Assembly (NCBI GenBank): GCA_963779415.1 | Contig: CAVZYA010000001.1 | Coordinates: forward strand, 736,001 to 800,000 | Direction: 5' to 3' | Length of the DNA: 64,000 bases | Source of the DNA: an uncultured Acidobacteriota bacterium | GTDB lineage: Bacteria; Acidobacteriota; Thermoanaerobaculia; UBA5066 | Shown: piece by piece, positions 21,951 to 32,659 of the stretch | How positions within the stretch are numbered: position 1 is the stretch's first letter | Layout: every line of letters begins with the position of its first letter | The notes under the pieces: generated by a model | What the model was told of the DNA's origin: nothing | Seen by the model: only the letters and a program-made list of their open reading frames with translations | Database searches by the model: none | Program-made: the position numbers and the translations under genes

Positions 21951-22772
21951 ATGACGCTAGAGTTGGAAGCGGTGAGCGAGGTGAAGGCCGACGTCGGAAG
22001 CTTCGAGGTGCCGGGACGGCGGCTGGAATACCGGTGGATCGGGCCGGGACCGGGCGAGGCACCGACGATCGTCTTCCTGCACGAGGCGCTGGGGAGCGTC
22101 TCGACGTGGCGCGACTTCCCTGCCCGGCTGGCCGCCGAGAGCGAATGCAGCGCGCTGGTCTACAGCCGGACGGGGCATGGCGGCTCGGGGGCGCTTTCGG
22201 GGCTCCGGTCCGAGCGCTACCTTCACGAGGAAGCGCTGGAAGTTCTGCCGGCCGTCCTCGCGCATTTCCAGCTTTCGGACGTCGTCCTCTTCGGCCACAG
22301 CGACGGGGCGTCGATTGCGATCATCTTTGCCGGGGCAAAGCCGGAATCCGTACGTGGGCTGATCCTCGAGGCGCCCCACGTCTTCGTCGAGGAGGCCGCC
22401 CTCGGCGGGATCCTGCAAGCCATCGAGGCCTACGAGACGACGACGCTCCGCGAGAAGCTGTCTCGCCACCACGGCGAAGGGACCGACGCGCTCTTCCGCG
22501 CGTGGGCCGAGATCTGGCGCCGCCCCTCCTTCCGCGGCTGGAACATCGAAGAGTACCTCCCCTTCATCACCTGCCCCGTTCTCGTCGTTCAGGGGGAGGA
22601 CGACCAGTACGGAACGCTCCGGCAGGTGGAGAAGGTCGTCTCGCAGGTGCGAGGGCCGGCCCGGCCACTGATCGTGCCGAGGTGCGGCCACGCGCCACAT
22701 GCGGAGCGGCGGGACGAGGTTCTGGACGCCGCGGCCGGCTTCGTCGCCGCGATCTGCCGCCGTCCGGTCTGA
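21951..22772 (+). CDS. Alpha/beta hydrolase
   Basis: FLHEALGS...W, GHSDGAS, QGEDDQYG, CGHAPH. Confidence 0.88.
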   Translation: MTLELEAVSEVKADVGSFEVPGRRLEYRWIGPGPGEAPTIVFLHEALGSVSTWRDFPARLAAESECSALVYSRTGHGGSGALSGLRSERYLHEEALEVLPAVLAHFQLSDVVLFGHSDGASIAIIFAGAKPESVRGLILEAPHVFVEEAALGGILQAIEAYETTTLREKLSRHHGEGTDALFRAWAEIWRRPSFRGWNIEEYLPFITCPVLVVQGEDDQYGTLRQVEKVVSQVRGPARPLIVPRCGHAPHAERRDEVLDAAAGFVAAICRRPV

Positions 22773-22806
22773 GATCCCCTGCCGCCGTCGGGTACCATCC
22801 CGCGAC

Positions 22807-23310
22807 ATGAGACGTTCCTCCCGATTCGTTCCCGCCCTCATCGCTCTCGTCGCCCTCGGCTCCGGCTGCAAGGGAGCCGGAAAGAGTCCGGCCGCCCTCG
22901 CTGCCGCCGATCCGGCCAGGAAGGCCGCGGTGGAAGCCGCCCTGCAGAAGTACGGCGATCTCGTGGCGAAGATGGACGACGAAGGGATCTCAGAGATGTT
23001 CACGATGAACGGCGAGATGGGGAGCACCGACGGGAAGCCGCTCGTCGGCCGCGCGGCGATCCTTCGCCAACTCGGAAGGCTGCACGACTTCAAGGTCCAG
23101 TCGGAGATCCTCACGTCCGAGTCGGTCACGTTCGAAGGGACGGACGCGTTTCAGAAAGGGACCTACCGGCAGACCGTCCTGACTCCGAAGGGAAACACGC
23201 TCGAGGTCTCCGGGAAGCTCGAAGCGGTCTGGACGCTCGAGGGCGACGGCGTCTGGAGGCTCAAGAAGATGATCTCCATTCCCGACTACGCCGAGAAGCC
23301 GAAGGGCTGA
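22807..23310 (+). CDS. NTF2-like (DUF4440/SnoaL) lipoprotein
   Basis: Lipobox-like LGSGC; VGRAAI, DGVWRL. Confidence 0.7.
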   Translation: MRRSSRFVPALIALVALGSGCKGAGKSPAALAAADPARKAAVEAALQKYGDLVAKMDDEGISEMFTMNGEMGSTDGKPLVGRAAILRQLGRLHDFKVQSEILTSESVTFEGTDAFQKGTYRQTVLTPKGNTLEVSGKLEAVWTLEGDGVWRLKKMISIPDYAEKPKG

Positions 23311-23317
23311 CCTCGAG

Positions 23318-23689
23318 ATGCACGAGACGGGGATCGCGATGGAGATCTACGCGATCTCGCGCCGCACGGCCGACGCGAACGGCGGGGGCCGCCTGATGTC
23401 CGTGAAGGTGATCGTAGGCGAGCTTTCCGCCATCGAGCCGGATCTCCTGGCCTTCGCCTGGGAGGCGGTCACCGCGGGCGGGGCCGACGCCGCGGCGCGG
23501 ATCGACGTGGAGTGGCGTCCGGCCCGGCAGATCTGCGCCGACTGCGGCGAGATCGCCGAGCGGGCCTCCGGGACCTGGCTGCGGCTCTGCCCGCAGTGCG
23601 GCGGGGGGCTGAAGATCGAGGGGGGCGACGAGCTGGACGTGCGTGACGTGACCTTCGAGGATGCCGGCGACGGAGGGGGGACCCGATGA
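23318..23689 (+). CDS. hypA: Hydrogenase nickel metallochaperone HypA
   Basis: MHE N-terminus, VGELS, CADC and CPQC, GDEL. Confidence 0.93.
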   Translation: MHETGIAMEIYAISRRTADANGGGRLMSVKVIVGELSAIEPDLLAFAWEAVTAGGADAAARIDVEWRPARQICADCGEIAERASGTWLRLCPQCGGGLKIEGGDELDVRDVTFEDAGDGGGTR

Positions 23690-24354
23690 CGCAGATCGAC
23701 GTGAAGCAGAAGGTGCTCTCCGCGAACATGGAGGCGGCCGCCGGGCTGCGGACGGGATTCGCCGCGAGCCGGACGTTGGTCGTGAATCTGATCTCGTCCC
23801 CCGGCTCGGGGAAGACGACCTTCTTGGAAAGGACGGTTGCGGACCTGAAGGGGCGCCTCCGCCTCGGCGGTCTGGAGGGGGACATCGCGACGGAGCGCGA
23901 TGCCGAGCGGCTGAGGCGACAGGGAATCCCGGCGCGGCAGATCCTGACCGGCGGCTCCTGCCACCTCGACGCGCGGCAGGTGCGCCAGGCGCTGGAGGAG
24001 GAGAAGGGGGCGCTGTCGGGGCTCGACATCCTCTTCATCGAGAACGTCGGAAACCTGATCTGTCCGACGAGTTACGACCTCGGAGAGGACTTCAAGGCCG
24101 TTCTCCTTTCGGTCACCGAGGGAGACGACAAGCCCTTCAAGTACCCCGGCATCTTCTCGAAGGCGTCCGTGGCCGTCGTGACGAAGATGGACCTCCTCCC
24201 CCACGTCGACTTCGACCTCGCGGCGGTCCGGCAGCAGATCCGGACGCTGAATTCGAACGGGAAGATCCTCGAGACCTCCGCGAAGACGGGCGCAGGGATG
24301 GATGGCTGGTACGGGCTGCTGGCGGAGGAGCTTCGAAAGAAGCGCGGCGGTTGA
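23686..24354 (+). CDS. hypB: Hydrogenase nickel incorporation GTPase HypB
   Basis: SSPGSGKTT, CHLDA, ENVGNLICP, EGDDKPFKYP, TKMDL. Confidence 0.95.
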   Translation: MTQIDVKQKVLSANMEAAAGLRTGFAASRTLVVNLISSPGSGKTTFLERTVADLKGRLRLGGLEGDIATERDAERLRRQGIPARQILTGGSCHLDARQVRQALEEEKGALSGLDILFIENVGNLICPTSYDLGEDFKAVLLSVTEGDDKPFKYPGIFSKASVAVVTKMDLLPHVDFDLAAVRQQIRTLNSNGKILETSAKTGAGMDGWYGLLAEELRKKRGG

Positions 24355-24413
24355 TTGCCGGAGTCGATTGACGAGACGTAGACTTCCGCCAGGCTAGGCC
24401 TGAGGAGATCGCC

Positions 24414-26641
24414 ATGGAGACCGTGGCCCTGACGGGACGCACCCTCGGGCACTACGTTGTCCTGGAATCCCTCGGCGAGGGCGGCATGGGCGCCGTCTAC
24501 AAGGCAAGGGACAAGCGGCTCGGCCGGCTCGTCGCCCTCAAGGTCATGCGCCCCGACTGGACGAGCGATGCCGACCGGAGGCAGCGCTTCGTCCGGGAAG
24601 CCCGCACCGCCTCCGCGCTCAACCATCCCAACATCCTCGTCATTTACGAGATCGACGCGGAGGACGGTCTCGACTACATCGCCATGGAGTTCGTCCCGGG
24701 CGGGACGCTCGCCGACCTTCTCGTCTCCGGGCCCCTGCCTGCCGATCGCGCGCTGCGCCTGGCCGCCCAGATCGCCGAAGCCCTCTCCGCCGCGCACGCC
24801 GCCGGCATCGTCCACCGGGATCTCAAGCCGTCGAACATCATGCTGTCGGCCGAGGATCGCGTGAAGGTCGTCGACTTCGGACTTGCCAAGCTGGTCGGAT
24901 CCGCCTTGCCCACGGTGGAAGCGCCCGAGGCGGTCACGGCGACCGGCGCGATCCTGGGCACGGCACCTTACATGTCGCCCGAGCAGGCCGCGGGGCGCGC
25001 CGTCGACGCGCGCAGCGATCTCTTCAGCCTCGGCACGATCCTCTACGAGATGCTGGCGGGCCGCCGGCCCTTCGATGCCGACTCCTGCGCGGGCACGCTC
25101 GCGGCGATCCTCCGGGACGCCCCTCCGCCGATCGCCGGCGTCGCCCCGCCGGTTGCGCGGCTCGTCGAGCGCTGCCTCCGCAAGGACGTCGCCCGGCGCT
25201 TTCAGTCGGCCTCCGAACTGAAAGCGGCCCTCGAGGCCTGTGCCGCTCCCTCTTCGGACCGGGAAAGACCCTCCGTCGCGGTGCTGCCATTCACCAACAT
25301 GACCGGTACGAAGGAGGACGATTACCTCTGTGAGGGACTGGCCGAGGAGGTCATCAATGCCCTGACCCGCGATTCCCGGACTCCGCGTGATCGCCCGGAC
25401 CTCGGCGTTCGCCGTCGGCCGGCTGGGGCTCGACATCCGGGAGATCGGCGCACGGCTCGATGTCGAAAGCGTCCTCGAGGGGAGCGTGCGCCGGGAGGGG
25501 CGCCGGGTACGCGTGACGGCCCAGCTGGTGACCACGAGCGACGGCGGCCATCTCTGGAGCGAGCGCTACGATCGTGAGCTGACGGACGTCCTGGCCCTCG
25601 AGGACGAGATCGCCGCGGCGATCGCCGCGCGGCTGCGTCTGGACCTGGCGCGTGAGCACGCGCGAGCGACTGACGCCCGTCGTCGACGCCGAGGCGCACG
25701 CGGCCTATCTCGAAGGGCGCTACTTCTTCGCACGGGGTGCTCCGGAGGCCCTGATGCAGGCGATGGCGTGCTACGGGCAGGCGATCGCCAAAGATCCCGA
25801 CTTTGCGCTCGCCTTCGACTCGTTGGCGGAGCTGCACTGGTATCTCGGTTTTTTCGGCAACGTTCCTCCGCGCGAGGCCTTCTCGCAGAGCACCTGGCAC
25901 GCCCTGCGCGCCCTGGAGCTGGACGACGGGCTCGCCCAGACTCACGCTCTTCTCGGGATGCTCCGGAAGGAACTCGACTACAACTGGCCCGAGGTCGATC
26001 GCGAGCTGGCCCGGGCGCTCGAGCTGAACCCGGAGTCGCCGCTCGTCCGCCTGCGCTACGCCATCAGCGGACTCCTGCCGCACGGCCGCGTCGATGAAGC
26101 GGTGACCGAACTCGACGGCGTGCTCCGGGCCGATCCGCTCTCTCTCCTCGTCCGCTGGTGGCTGGCCGTGATGACGTACCTTGCCCGCCGGTTCGACCGG
26201 ACGATCGAAGAGGGCCGGCACATGATCGCGCTCGACCCGAACCATTTCCTCGGTCACTGGGCGCTCGGGATAGGTCTCGAAGAATCCGGCGCGAAGGCCG
26301 ACGCCGTCGCCGCGATGGAGAAAGCGCACGAGCTGTCCGGTGGGATACCGTTCACTCTCGGTTTCCTCGGGTACGTCTACGGACGCGCCGGACGACGCGA
26401 AGAGACACGTCGCGTGCTCGAGCGTGCCGAGCAACTCTCGAAAGCGGGCTATCTGCCCGCCTCGACCCTTGCCATGTGCCGCATCGGGCTCGACGACTGG
26501 GATCGAGCCTTCGAATGGATGGACAGGGCCATCGAGACGCGCGACCCGATCATCATGCCGATCAAGACCTTTCCGTTCCTGGACCCGGTCCGGAGCGACG
26601 CCCGCTACCGGGCTCTCCTCGACAAGATGCACCTCGTCTAG
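24414..26641 (+). CDS. Ser/Thr kinase with TolB-like and TPR regions, frameshifts near 25370 and 25655
   Basis: GEGGMGAVY, HRDLKPSN, DFGLAK, YMSPEQ, SVAVLPF; IARTSAF..LEGSVR and TPRs continue in successive frames. Confidence 0.88.
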
Positions 26642-27801
26642 CCGACGAGCATCTTCCGGACCAGCCTTCCGATCTCGACGCAGCATGTCAGGCCCGGCGA
26701 GTCGATGCCGAGGAGCTGGACGAGGTTCGGGTGCTTCTCGTCGCGGAAGACGATCCAGTCGCTTGCGCCTTTCAGGTGGACCATGATCCCGGCGTAGTCG
26801 AGCTGGACGTCGGAGAGTTCGAGCGCGGGCATGTAGCGCCTCGCGCGACCGACGATGAACTCCGCCGGGTATCGGCCCGTCTCGTAATCGTCGAGCGACG
26901 GCGCCACCCGGAACTCCGGCCCGACGGTGAAGAGATCTCCCGTGACCGTGGCCCCGCCGGGACCCATGCCGAACGTCGGCGTCAGGTGTGCGCCCACCAT
27001 GAGCGGCCGCTCGTCGCCGAGGTCGAGCCGCTCCGGGACCGGATAGACGTTCCGGCCGGAGAGCCAGAGTTCCGGACGGTGCCGGCGGTTCATCCGGCAG
27101 TACTCGCCACGGAGCGGGACGACGGTCACGTCGAGCGACGGGTCCGCCATCCGCCCCACCTCGTCGCAACGGAGGCCCGCCGCGTTGACGACGGCCCCGG
27201 CTTCGAACGTCTCCTCCGAAGCCGCGCCTCCCCGGCGCCGCCCCGTCACCTCGAAGACGCCGCCCTGCGGCCGGACGGCCGTCACCTCGAAATCCATCAG
27301 CACCGACGCCCCCTTCTTCTCCGCGAGACGGGCGAGCGTTCCGACGAGCTGTGGCGCGTCGACGATCCCGGTCGTCGGGATCAGGAGCGACGCCTCGACC
27401 GAAAGGGCCGGCTCCAGCGCCGCCGTCTCCCGGCGCGTGAGCATTCGCACCCCGGGGACGCCGTTTGCAGCCGCCCGGCCCCGCACTTCCTCGAGCACCG
27501 GCAGCTCTTCCTTCGATGGCGCCACGACGAGCTTGCCGGTCCTTTCGCAAGGGATGGCGTGCGCGCTCGCCAGCTCGTACATCCGGGCGTTCGCCTCGAC
27601 GCAGAGCCGCGCCTTCAAGCTCCCTTCGGCGTAGTAGATCCCGGCGTGGACGACGCCGCTGCTCCGGCCGGACTGCTCCTCGCCGAGTCGCGGGTTTTTC
27701 TCGAGGAGAAAGACGCTGCCGACTCCGGCTTCGGCCAGCTGCCACGCGACGGCGCATCCGACCGCGCCCCCTCCGACGACGACCGCTTCTACTCGATCCA
27801 T
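26638..27801 (-). CDS. FAD-dependent oxidoreductase, L-2-hydroxyglutarate oxidase-like
   Basis: VGGGAVG, SGRSSGVVHAGIYY, VNAAGL, GIDSPGLT. Confidence 0.85.
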   Translation of the reverse strand: MDRVEAVVVGGGAVGCAVAWQLAEAGVGSVFLLEKNPRLGEEQSGRSSGVVHAGIYYAEGSLKARLCVEANARMYELASAHAIPCERTGKLVVAPSKEELPVLEEVRGRAAANGVPGVRMLTRRETAALEPALSVEASLLIPTTGIVDAPQLVGTLARLAEKKGASVLMDFEVTAVRPQGGVFEVTGRRRGGAASEETFEAGAVVNAAGLRCDEVGRMADPSLDVTVVPLRGEYCRMNRRHRPELWLSGRNVYPVPERLDLGDERPLMVGAHLTPTFGMGPGGATVTGDLFTVGPEFRVAPSLDDYETGRYPAEFIVGRARRYMPALELSDVQLDYAGIMVHLKGASDWIVFRDEKHPNLVQLLGIDSPGLTCCVEIGRLVRKMLVG

Positions 27802-27807
27802 CGTCCG

Positions 27808-29172
27808 TTACCGGGGAGCCGGATGAGCGAGGGCCGCCACCGCCGCGTCGACCGTGACGGCGTCGACGACCCCGGCCGCCCCGTAGAGGACCGGCAGGAC
27901 CTTTTCCGGCGGATAGCGCTTCCGGAGCGCCGCGACCTTCTCCGTCCCGAACCGGTAGGCTGGAAGGTACATCCGGCCGAGGAGCGGGTGGCGCCCCCAC
28001 GCGCCGGAGAGCTTGTCGGCTCGCTCGGGCGAGACGAGGAAGTCGTTCCGGAGGACCGCCGCGACGTCTGCCTGCGGCTTCTTCTCGTGCCACGTCAGGT
28101 AGGACGACTGGTTCTTGGCGTCGTCCTGCAGGAGGGCGAGGAGAAGGCCAATGACGAGGTCCTTGTCGGGGATCTCCGAGAGATCCGTCACGCCGTACGC
28201 CATCAGGAGGGCGTTGTTGGCGATCCCCTCGGCGAGGGCTGCGTACCGAGTGTTCATCGTCAGGACCGTCGCCTCGAAGCCGACGCGGCGCCGCACCCAG
28301 AGGTTCTGGAGAAATGCGAAGGTCGTGACGTGCCCCGGGACGACCTCGTGGCTGACGAGCTGGTGAAACTCGGGGACCGAGATCTGGAGCGACGCGTTCA
28401 GTTCGTACGTCGCCTCGTACTCGGGCGAGCCGTCCGGCTTCCGCGCCCGTCCGAGATAGTTCATCGAGCCGGAGAACCAGGCGTTCTCGATCGGAAAGAA
28501 AGAAACATTCGCGAGGGGAACGACGAATAGCTCAGAAGGCAGATAGGGCAACAGGTTCTTCCGAGCCAGTGCCTCCAGCTCCCGAATGACTTCGGCGGCG
28601 AGAGACGGTATTGATCTTCCTTCGACGATCTTCTTCTTCCGCCACGCGTCGACCGCGGCGAGAAGGCCGGCGCGGTCTTTCGAGGGGTGCCCCGCGGCGA
28701 CGAGAAGGTCCGCCAGGAGCCGGCGCTTCTCTTCGGGGCGCGACGGCTCGGGAGGGCGGTCCGTCATGGCGTGGACGCACCGGTCGTACGGGACCGGCGC
28801 CCCGCGCCCGAGGAGCTCCATCGCCAGGTCCCACATCACGTCGAAGCAGAGGGCGAGACCGGAGAGATACGCGCCACGGAGGCCTCCGATTCTCTTTCCC
28901 TCGGCCGCGACGGCGTCGATCGAGCGCTTCACCTCCACCTCGGCGAGGTAGGCGTCGACGGAGGCCGTGTCGGGCTCCTTGGCCGTGACGCCGCCGCTCT
29001 CGCGAATCCGCGCCGCCGCCGGGTGTGTGTAGGCGAGCGGAAGCTTCTCGTCGGAGAACCAGCAGTCGGCGATGAAACGGCCGGTTCCGGAGGGGTTCAG
29101 AACGTCGCCGCCCCAGAGGGTGTCGGTGCCGAGGACGGCCTGCGCGACGTCGTGGTCGAGACCTGTCAGCAT
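27808..29172 (-). CDS. Hypothetical protein with zincin-like HExxPGH motif (DUF885-like)
   Basis: SHEVVPGH followed downstream by AEGIA; RBS GGAGG. Confidence 0.7.
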   Translation of the reverse strand: MLTGLDHDVAQAVLGTDTLWGGDVLNPSGTGRFIADCWFSDEKLPLAYTHPAAARIRESGGVTAKEPDTASVDAYLAEVEVKRSIDAVAAEGKRIGGLRGAYLSGLALCFDVMWDLAMELLGRGAPVPYDRCVHAMTDRPPEPSRPEEKRRLLADLLVAAGHPSKDRAGLLAAVDAWRKKKIVEGRSIPSLAAEVIRELEALARKNLLPYLPSELFVVPLANVSFFPIENAWFSGSMNYLGRARKPDGSPEYEATYELNASLQISVPEFHQLVSHEVVPGHVTTFAFLQNLWVRRRVGFEATVLTMNTRYAALAEGIANNALLMAYGVTDLSEIPDKDLVIGLLLALLQDDAKNQSSYLTWHEKKPQADVAAVLRNDFLVSPERADKLSGAWGRHPLLGRMYLPAYRFGTEKVAALRKRYPPEKVLPVLYGAAGVVDAVTVDAAVAALAHPAPR

Positions 29173-29270
29173 GGGCGCCTCCCGACGAAGTATCGCGCTT
29201 CCCCGTTCCTTGCGTTCGCGGAAGGGCGCCCGTAAGCTGCCGAGGTTCGCCATAACAAAACCATTCGGAG

Positions 29271-31316
29271 GTGCCCTCCGTGGAGACGACCCGCCGGACC
29301 CTGCCCGAGAACGCCTACCGCGCCCTGAAGCCGGGAGAGACGTACAGCCCGATCGTTCCGGCCGACAAGCCGGTCCCCGAGTTCACGGGGCGCTCGCTCG
29401 TCATCGGCCTCCTGATGGCGGCCGTCTTTTCCGCCGCCGCGGCGTTCCTCGGCCTGAAGGTGGGCCAGGTCTTCGAGGCGGCCATCCCGATCTCGATCCT
29501 GGCCGTCGGCCTCGGTTACGCCTTCAAGCGCAGGTCGACGATCCTCGAAAACGTCATCATCCAGTCGGTCGGCGCGGCTTCGGGCCTCGTCGTGGCAGGT
29601 TCGATCTTCACGCTTCCCGCCCTCTTCATCCTCGGACTCGACGTCGACCTCGTGAAGCTGTTTCTCGTGGCGCTTCTCGGCGGGACGATCGGCATCCTCT
29701 TCCTCGTTCCGCTACGGCGTTACTTCGTGAAGGAGATGCACGGCGAGTTCCCGTTCCCCGAGGCGACGGCCACGACCGAGGTGCTCGTCGCGGGCGAGGC
29801 GGGAGGCCAGCAGGCGCGCGTCCTTGCTGCCGCAGCCGCCGTCGGCGGGATCTTCGACTTTTTGATCATCCATCTCGAGGCGTTTGCCGAGGTCTTCACC
29901 TCGCGGTCGCTCCCCTACCTCAAGGAGCTGGCCGACAAGGCGAAGATCGTCTTCAAGCTCGACGTTCTCGCCTCGGTCGTGGGTCTCGGTTACATCATCG
30001 GTCTCCGATACTCGGCCATCATCTGCGCGGGGTCGTTCGTCTCCTGGTTCCTCCTCGTCCCGGTCGTCGCGCACTTCGGGGCGCAGCTTCAGTCCAGCGT
30101 CCCGCCGGCCGCCCCGGGGATGCTCATCGGCTCGATGACGGCCGAGGCGGTCTTCCGGACATACGTGAGGCACATCGGGATCGGCGGCATCGCTGCGGCC
30201 GGGATCATGGGGATCCTCCGGAGCTGGCGGATCATCGCGAAAGCCTTCGGCATGGGCTTCAAGGAGCTGCTCGGCGGGAAGAAGGGCGCCGCCGCGCCGG
30301 CCACCGAGCGGACCGACCGGGACATCTCGATGGGGCTCGTCCTGGCCGGCATCATCGTCGTCGCGATCGCCGCGTGGGTCTTCTTCCGCTTCAGCGTCCT
30401 CTCGGGCTCGCCGGGAGCCTCCACCCAGTCGCTCATCGCGCTGGCCGTCGTCATCGTGATCTCGTTCCTCTTCACGACGGTCGCCGCGCGGGCAATCGCC
30501 GTCGTCGGGACGAACCCCGTTTCAGGGATGACCCTGATGACGCTCATCCTGACGTCGGTCTTCCTCGTGGCCGCGGGCCTCACCGGAAGGGCGGGGATGC
30601 TGGCGGCTCTCCTGATCGGCGGCGTCGTCTGCACGGCGCTCTCGATGGCGGGGGGCCTCGTGACCGACCTGAAGATCGGCTACTGGATCGGCGCGACGCC
30701 GGCCGTCCAGGAACGGTCGAAATTCCTCGGGACGATCGTGGCGGCGCTGACGGTCGGAGCGGTGATCCTTCTCCTCAATCAGGCTTACGGCTTCGCGCCG
30801 TCGGCCGCCCACCCGGAGAGCGAGGTCCTCGTCGCCCCGCAGGCCAATGCCATGGCCGCCGTCATCAAGACCCTGATGTCGAACGAGCCGGTGCCGTGGC
30901 TTCTCTACGGCGTCGGCGCCCTCGTCGCCCTGACGATGCAGATGATCGGCGTGCCGTCCCTGGCCTTCGCCCTCGGGATGTACATTCCGCAGGAGCTGAA
31001 CACGCCGCTTTTGATCGGGGGCCTCGTCGCCCACTTCGTCGCGAAGTCGGCGGGGAAGGACGAAAAGCTCGCGACGGCCCGCGGCCAGCGAGGCACCCTC
31101 ATCGCCTCGGGCTTCATCGCCGGCGGCGCCATCATGGGGGTCGTCGCGGCGCTCCTGAAGTTCCTGAAGACGAAGATGAGCCTCGGCCCGCTCGCGTTCG
31201 GCTTCGACAACGGGCAGGGCGCGGGCGCCGAGCTTCTCGCCCTCGGCCTCTACCTCCTCCTTCTCGTCTACATGTACTGGGATTCGAAGAGGGTGAAAGA
31301 GGGGACCCCGCCCTGA
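29271..31316 (+). CDS. OPT family oligopeptide transporter
   Basis: LKVGQVFEAAIP, ENVIIQ, FPEA, NPVSG, DLKIGYW, APQA; many TM helices. Confidence 0.92.
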   Translation: MPSVETTRRTLPENAYRALKPGETYSPIVPADKPVPEFTGRSLVIGLLMAAVFSAAAAFLGLKVGQVFEAAIPISILAVGLGYAFKRRSTILENVIIQSVGAASGLVVAGSIFTLPALFILGLDVDLVKLFLVALLGGTIGILFLVPLRRYFVKEMHGEFPFPEATATTEVLVAGEAGGQQARVLAAAAAVGGIFDFLIIHLEAFAEVFTSRSLPYLKELADKAKIVFKLDVLASVVGLGYIIGLRYSAIICAGSFVSWFLLVPVVAHFGAQLQSSVPPAAPGMLIGSMTAEAVFRTYVRHIGIGGIAAAGIMGILRSWRIIAKAFGMGFKELLGGKKGAAAPATERTDRDISMGLVLAGIIVVAIAAWVFFRFSVLSGSPGASTQSLIALAVVIVISFLFTTVAARAIAVVGTNPVSGMTLMTLILTSVFLVAAGLTGRAGMLAALLIGGVVCTALSMAGGLVTDLKIGYWIGATPAVQERSKFLGTIVAALTVGAVILLLNQAYGFAPSAAHPESEVLVAPQANAMAAVIKTLMSNEPVPWLLYGVGALVALTMQMIGVPSLAFALGMYIPQELNTPLLIGGLVAHFVAKSAGKDEKLATARGQRGTLIASGFIAGGAIMGVVAALLKFLKTKMSLGPLAFGFDNGQGAGAELLALGLYLLLLVYMYWDSKRVKEGTPP

Positions 31317-31467
31317 CCAGGCTGAAATACTCCAGAATCCGAGCCTTGCCCTTTCCGCTCTGACCCTGTCCGACCCCGACGCACACCTATAATCCCGGCG
31401 CACCACGACGAACACCGTGGTGCCGGGGCGGACCGTTCGGGGCCCCGAGCAAGTGAGGAGGAGCCGC

Positions 31468-31905
31468 ATGAAGACCAAGGAGAAACAGGAAAAGCTCGTC
31501 GAGATCCTGAAGGCCTGGCAGCACGTCGAGAACGAGAGCGTGGCGCAGACGGCGGGCATCATCGACAAAACGCGCAACCCGGTGATCCGCCTCGTCATGG
31601 AGATCATCCAGCGCGACTCCGCGATGCACCATCGCGTCCAGGACTTCGTCATCGGGACCCTCGAGAAGGAGGCCGTGGACCTGACACCGGACGATCTGGC
31701 GAAAGTGTGGGGAGCGATCGAGGCACACATCGCGGCCGAGAAGAAGACCGAAGAGTTGATCGCCGCGGCCCGGAAGTCGCTCGCCGGAACCCGGAACGTG
31801 GTGCAGCAGTACTTTCTCTCCTACCTCGAGCACGACGAGAAGAAACATGACCGGCTGCTCGAGGACCTCGCCCTGATCAAGCAGGGAATCTACAAGAGCG
31901 CCTGA
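31468..31905 (+). CDS. Ferritin-like four-helix-bundle protein
   Basis: Two-fold pattern E...DSAMH and E...DEKKH; RBS GAGGAGG; TATAAT at 31388. Confidence 0.7.
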   Translation: MKTKEKQEKLVEILKAWQHVENESVAQTAGIIDKTRNPVIRLVMEIIQRDSAMHHRVQDFVIGTLEKEAVDLTPDDLAKVWGAIEAHIAAEKKTEELIAAARKSLAGTRNVVQQYFLSYLEHDEKKHDRLLEDLALIKQGIYKSA

Positions 31906-32025
31906 GGGGCGCCGGCCGGCGAGCGGCCGGCGGGGTCAAGGCCGGACTCCGCGGTAACCTCGCTTCATGGGCATCATCCGATCGGGCGAGAATCGGCCCC
32001 GGGCAGATGAAGTCCCGGGTCGGCG

Positions 32026-32640
32026 ATGCTTTCTGACGTCCTTCTCGGAGGCGGTCTCGCGTTCGCGGCCGTGGTCCAGCCCGGGCCGCTTCAGGCGTTT
32101 CTCGTCACCCGCGCCGCGACGGATGGCTGGAGACGGACGCTGCCCGCCGCGTTCTCTCCCCTGCTGAGTGACGGTCCCATCGCCCTCCTCACCCTCCTCG
32201 TCCTCGGACGGCTTCCGCCGCTCGGCCAGCATCTTCTCGGGGTCGCCGGCGGCGTCCTCCTCCTCACCCTCGCGTGGATGTCCTTTCGCGCGATTCGGAC
32301 CCCCGTCGCGCCCGCCGAACCGGACCGGCGCGCGATCCCGCGGACGCTCCTGCAAGCGGCAACGGTCAACCTCCTGAACCCCAATCCCTACCTGGCGTGG
32401 GCCCTCATCCTCGGGCCCGCCGCCGTGACGGCCTGGCACGAGCACCCCGCTCACGCCGCAGCTCTCGTCGGCGCCTTCTACGGCGCGATGGTCGTAGGTC
32501 TCGCGGGCGTCATCGTCCTCGCCAGTAGCGCCCGCAGCCTCCCTCCCCACGCACAGCGGGCCGTCGCTCTCGCTTCCACCGTCGTCCTCGCTCTCCTCGG
32601 CATCTATCAGCTCTTCTCCGGCCTCGCGGCACTCGCATAG
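32026..32640 (+). CDS. LysE family transporter
   Basis: QPGP near the N-terminus, NLLNP, about 6 TM helices. Confidence 0.85.
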   Translation: MLSDVLLGGGLAFAAVVQPGPLQAFLVTRAATDGWRRTLPAAFSPLLSDGPIALLTLLVLGRLPPLGQHLLGVAGGVLLLTLAWMSFRAIRTPVAPAEPDRRAIPRTLLQAATVNLLNPNPYLAWALILGPAAVTAWHEHPAHAAALVGAFYGAMVVGLAGVIVLASSARSLPPHAQRAVALASTVVLALLGIYQLFSGLAALA

Positions 32641-32659
32641 ATCCGGGATCCCGTCCTCC

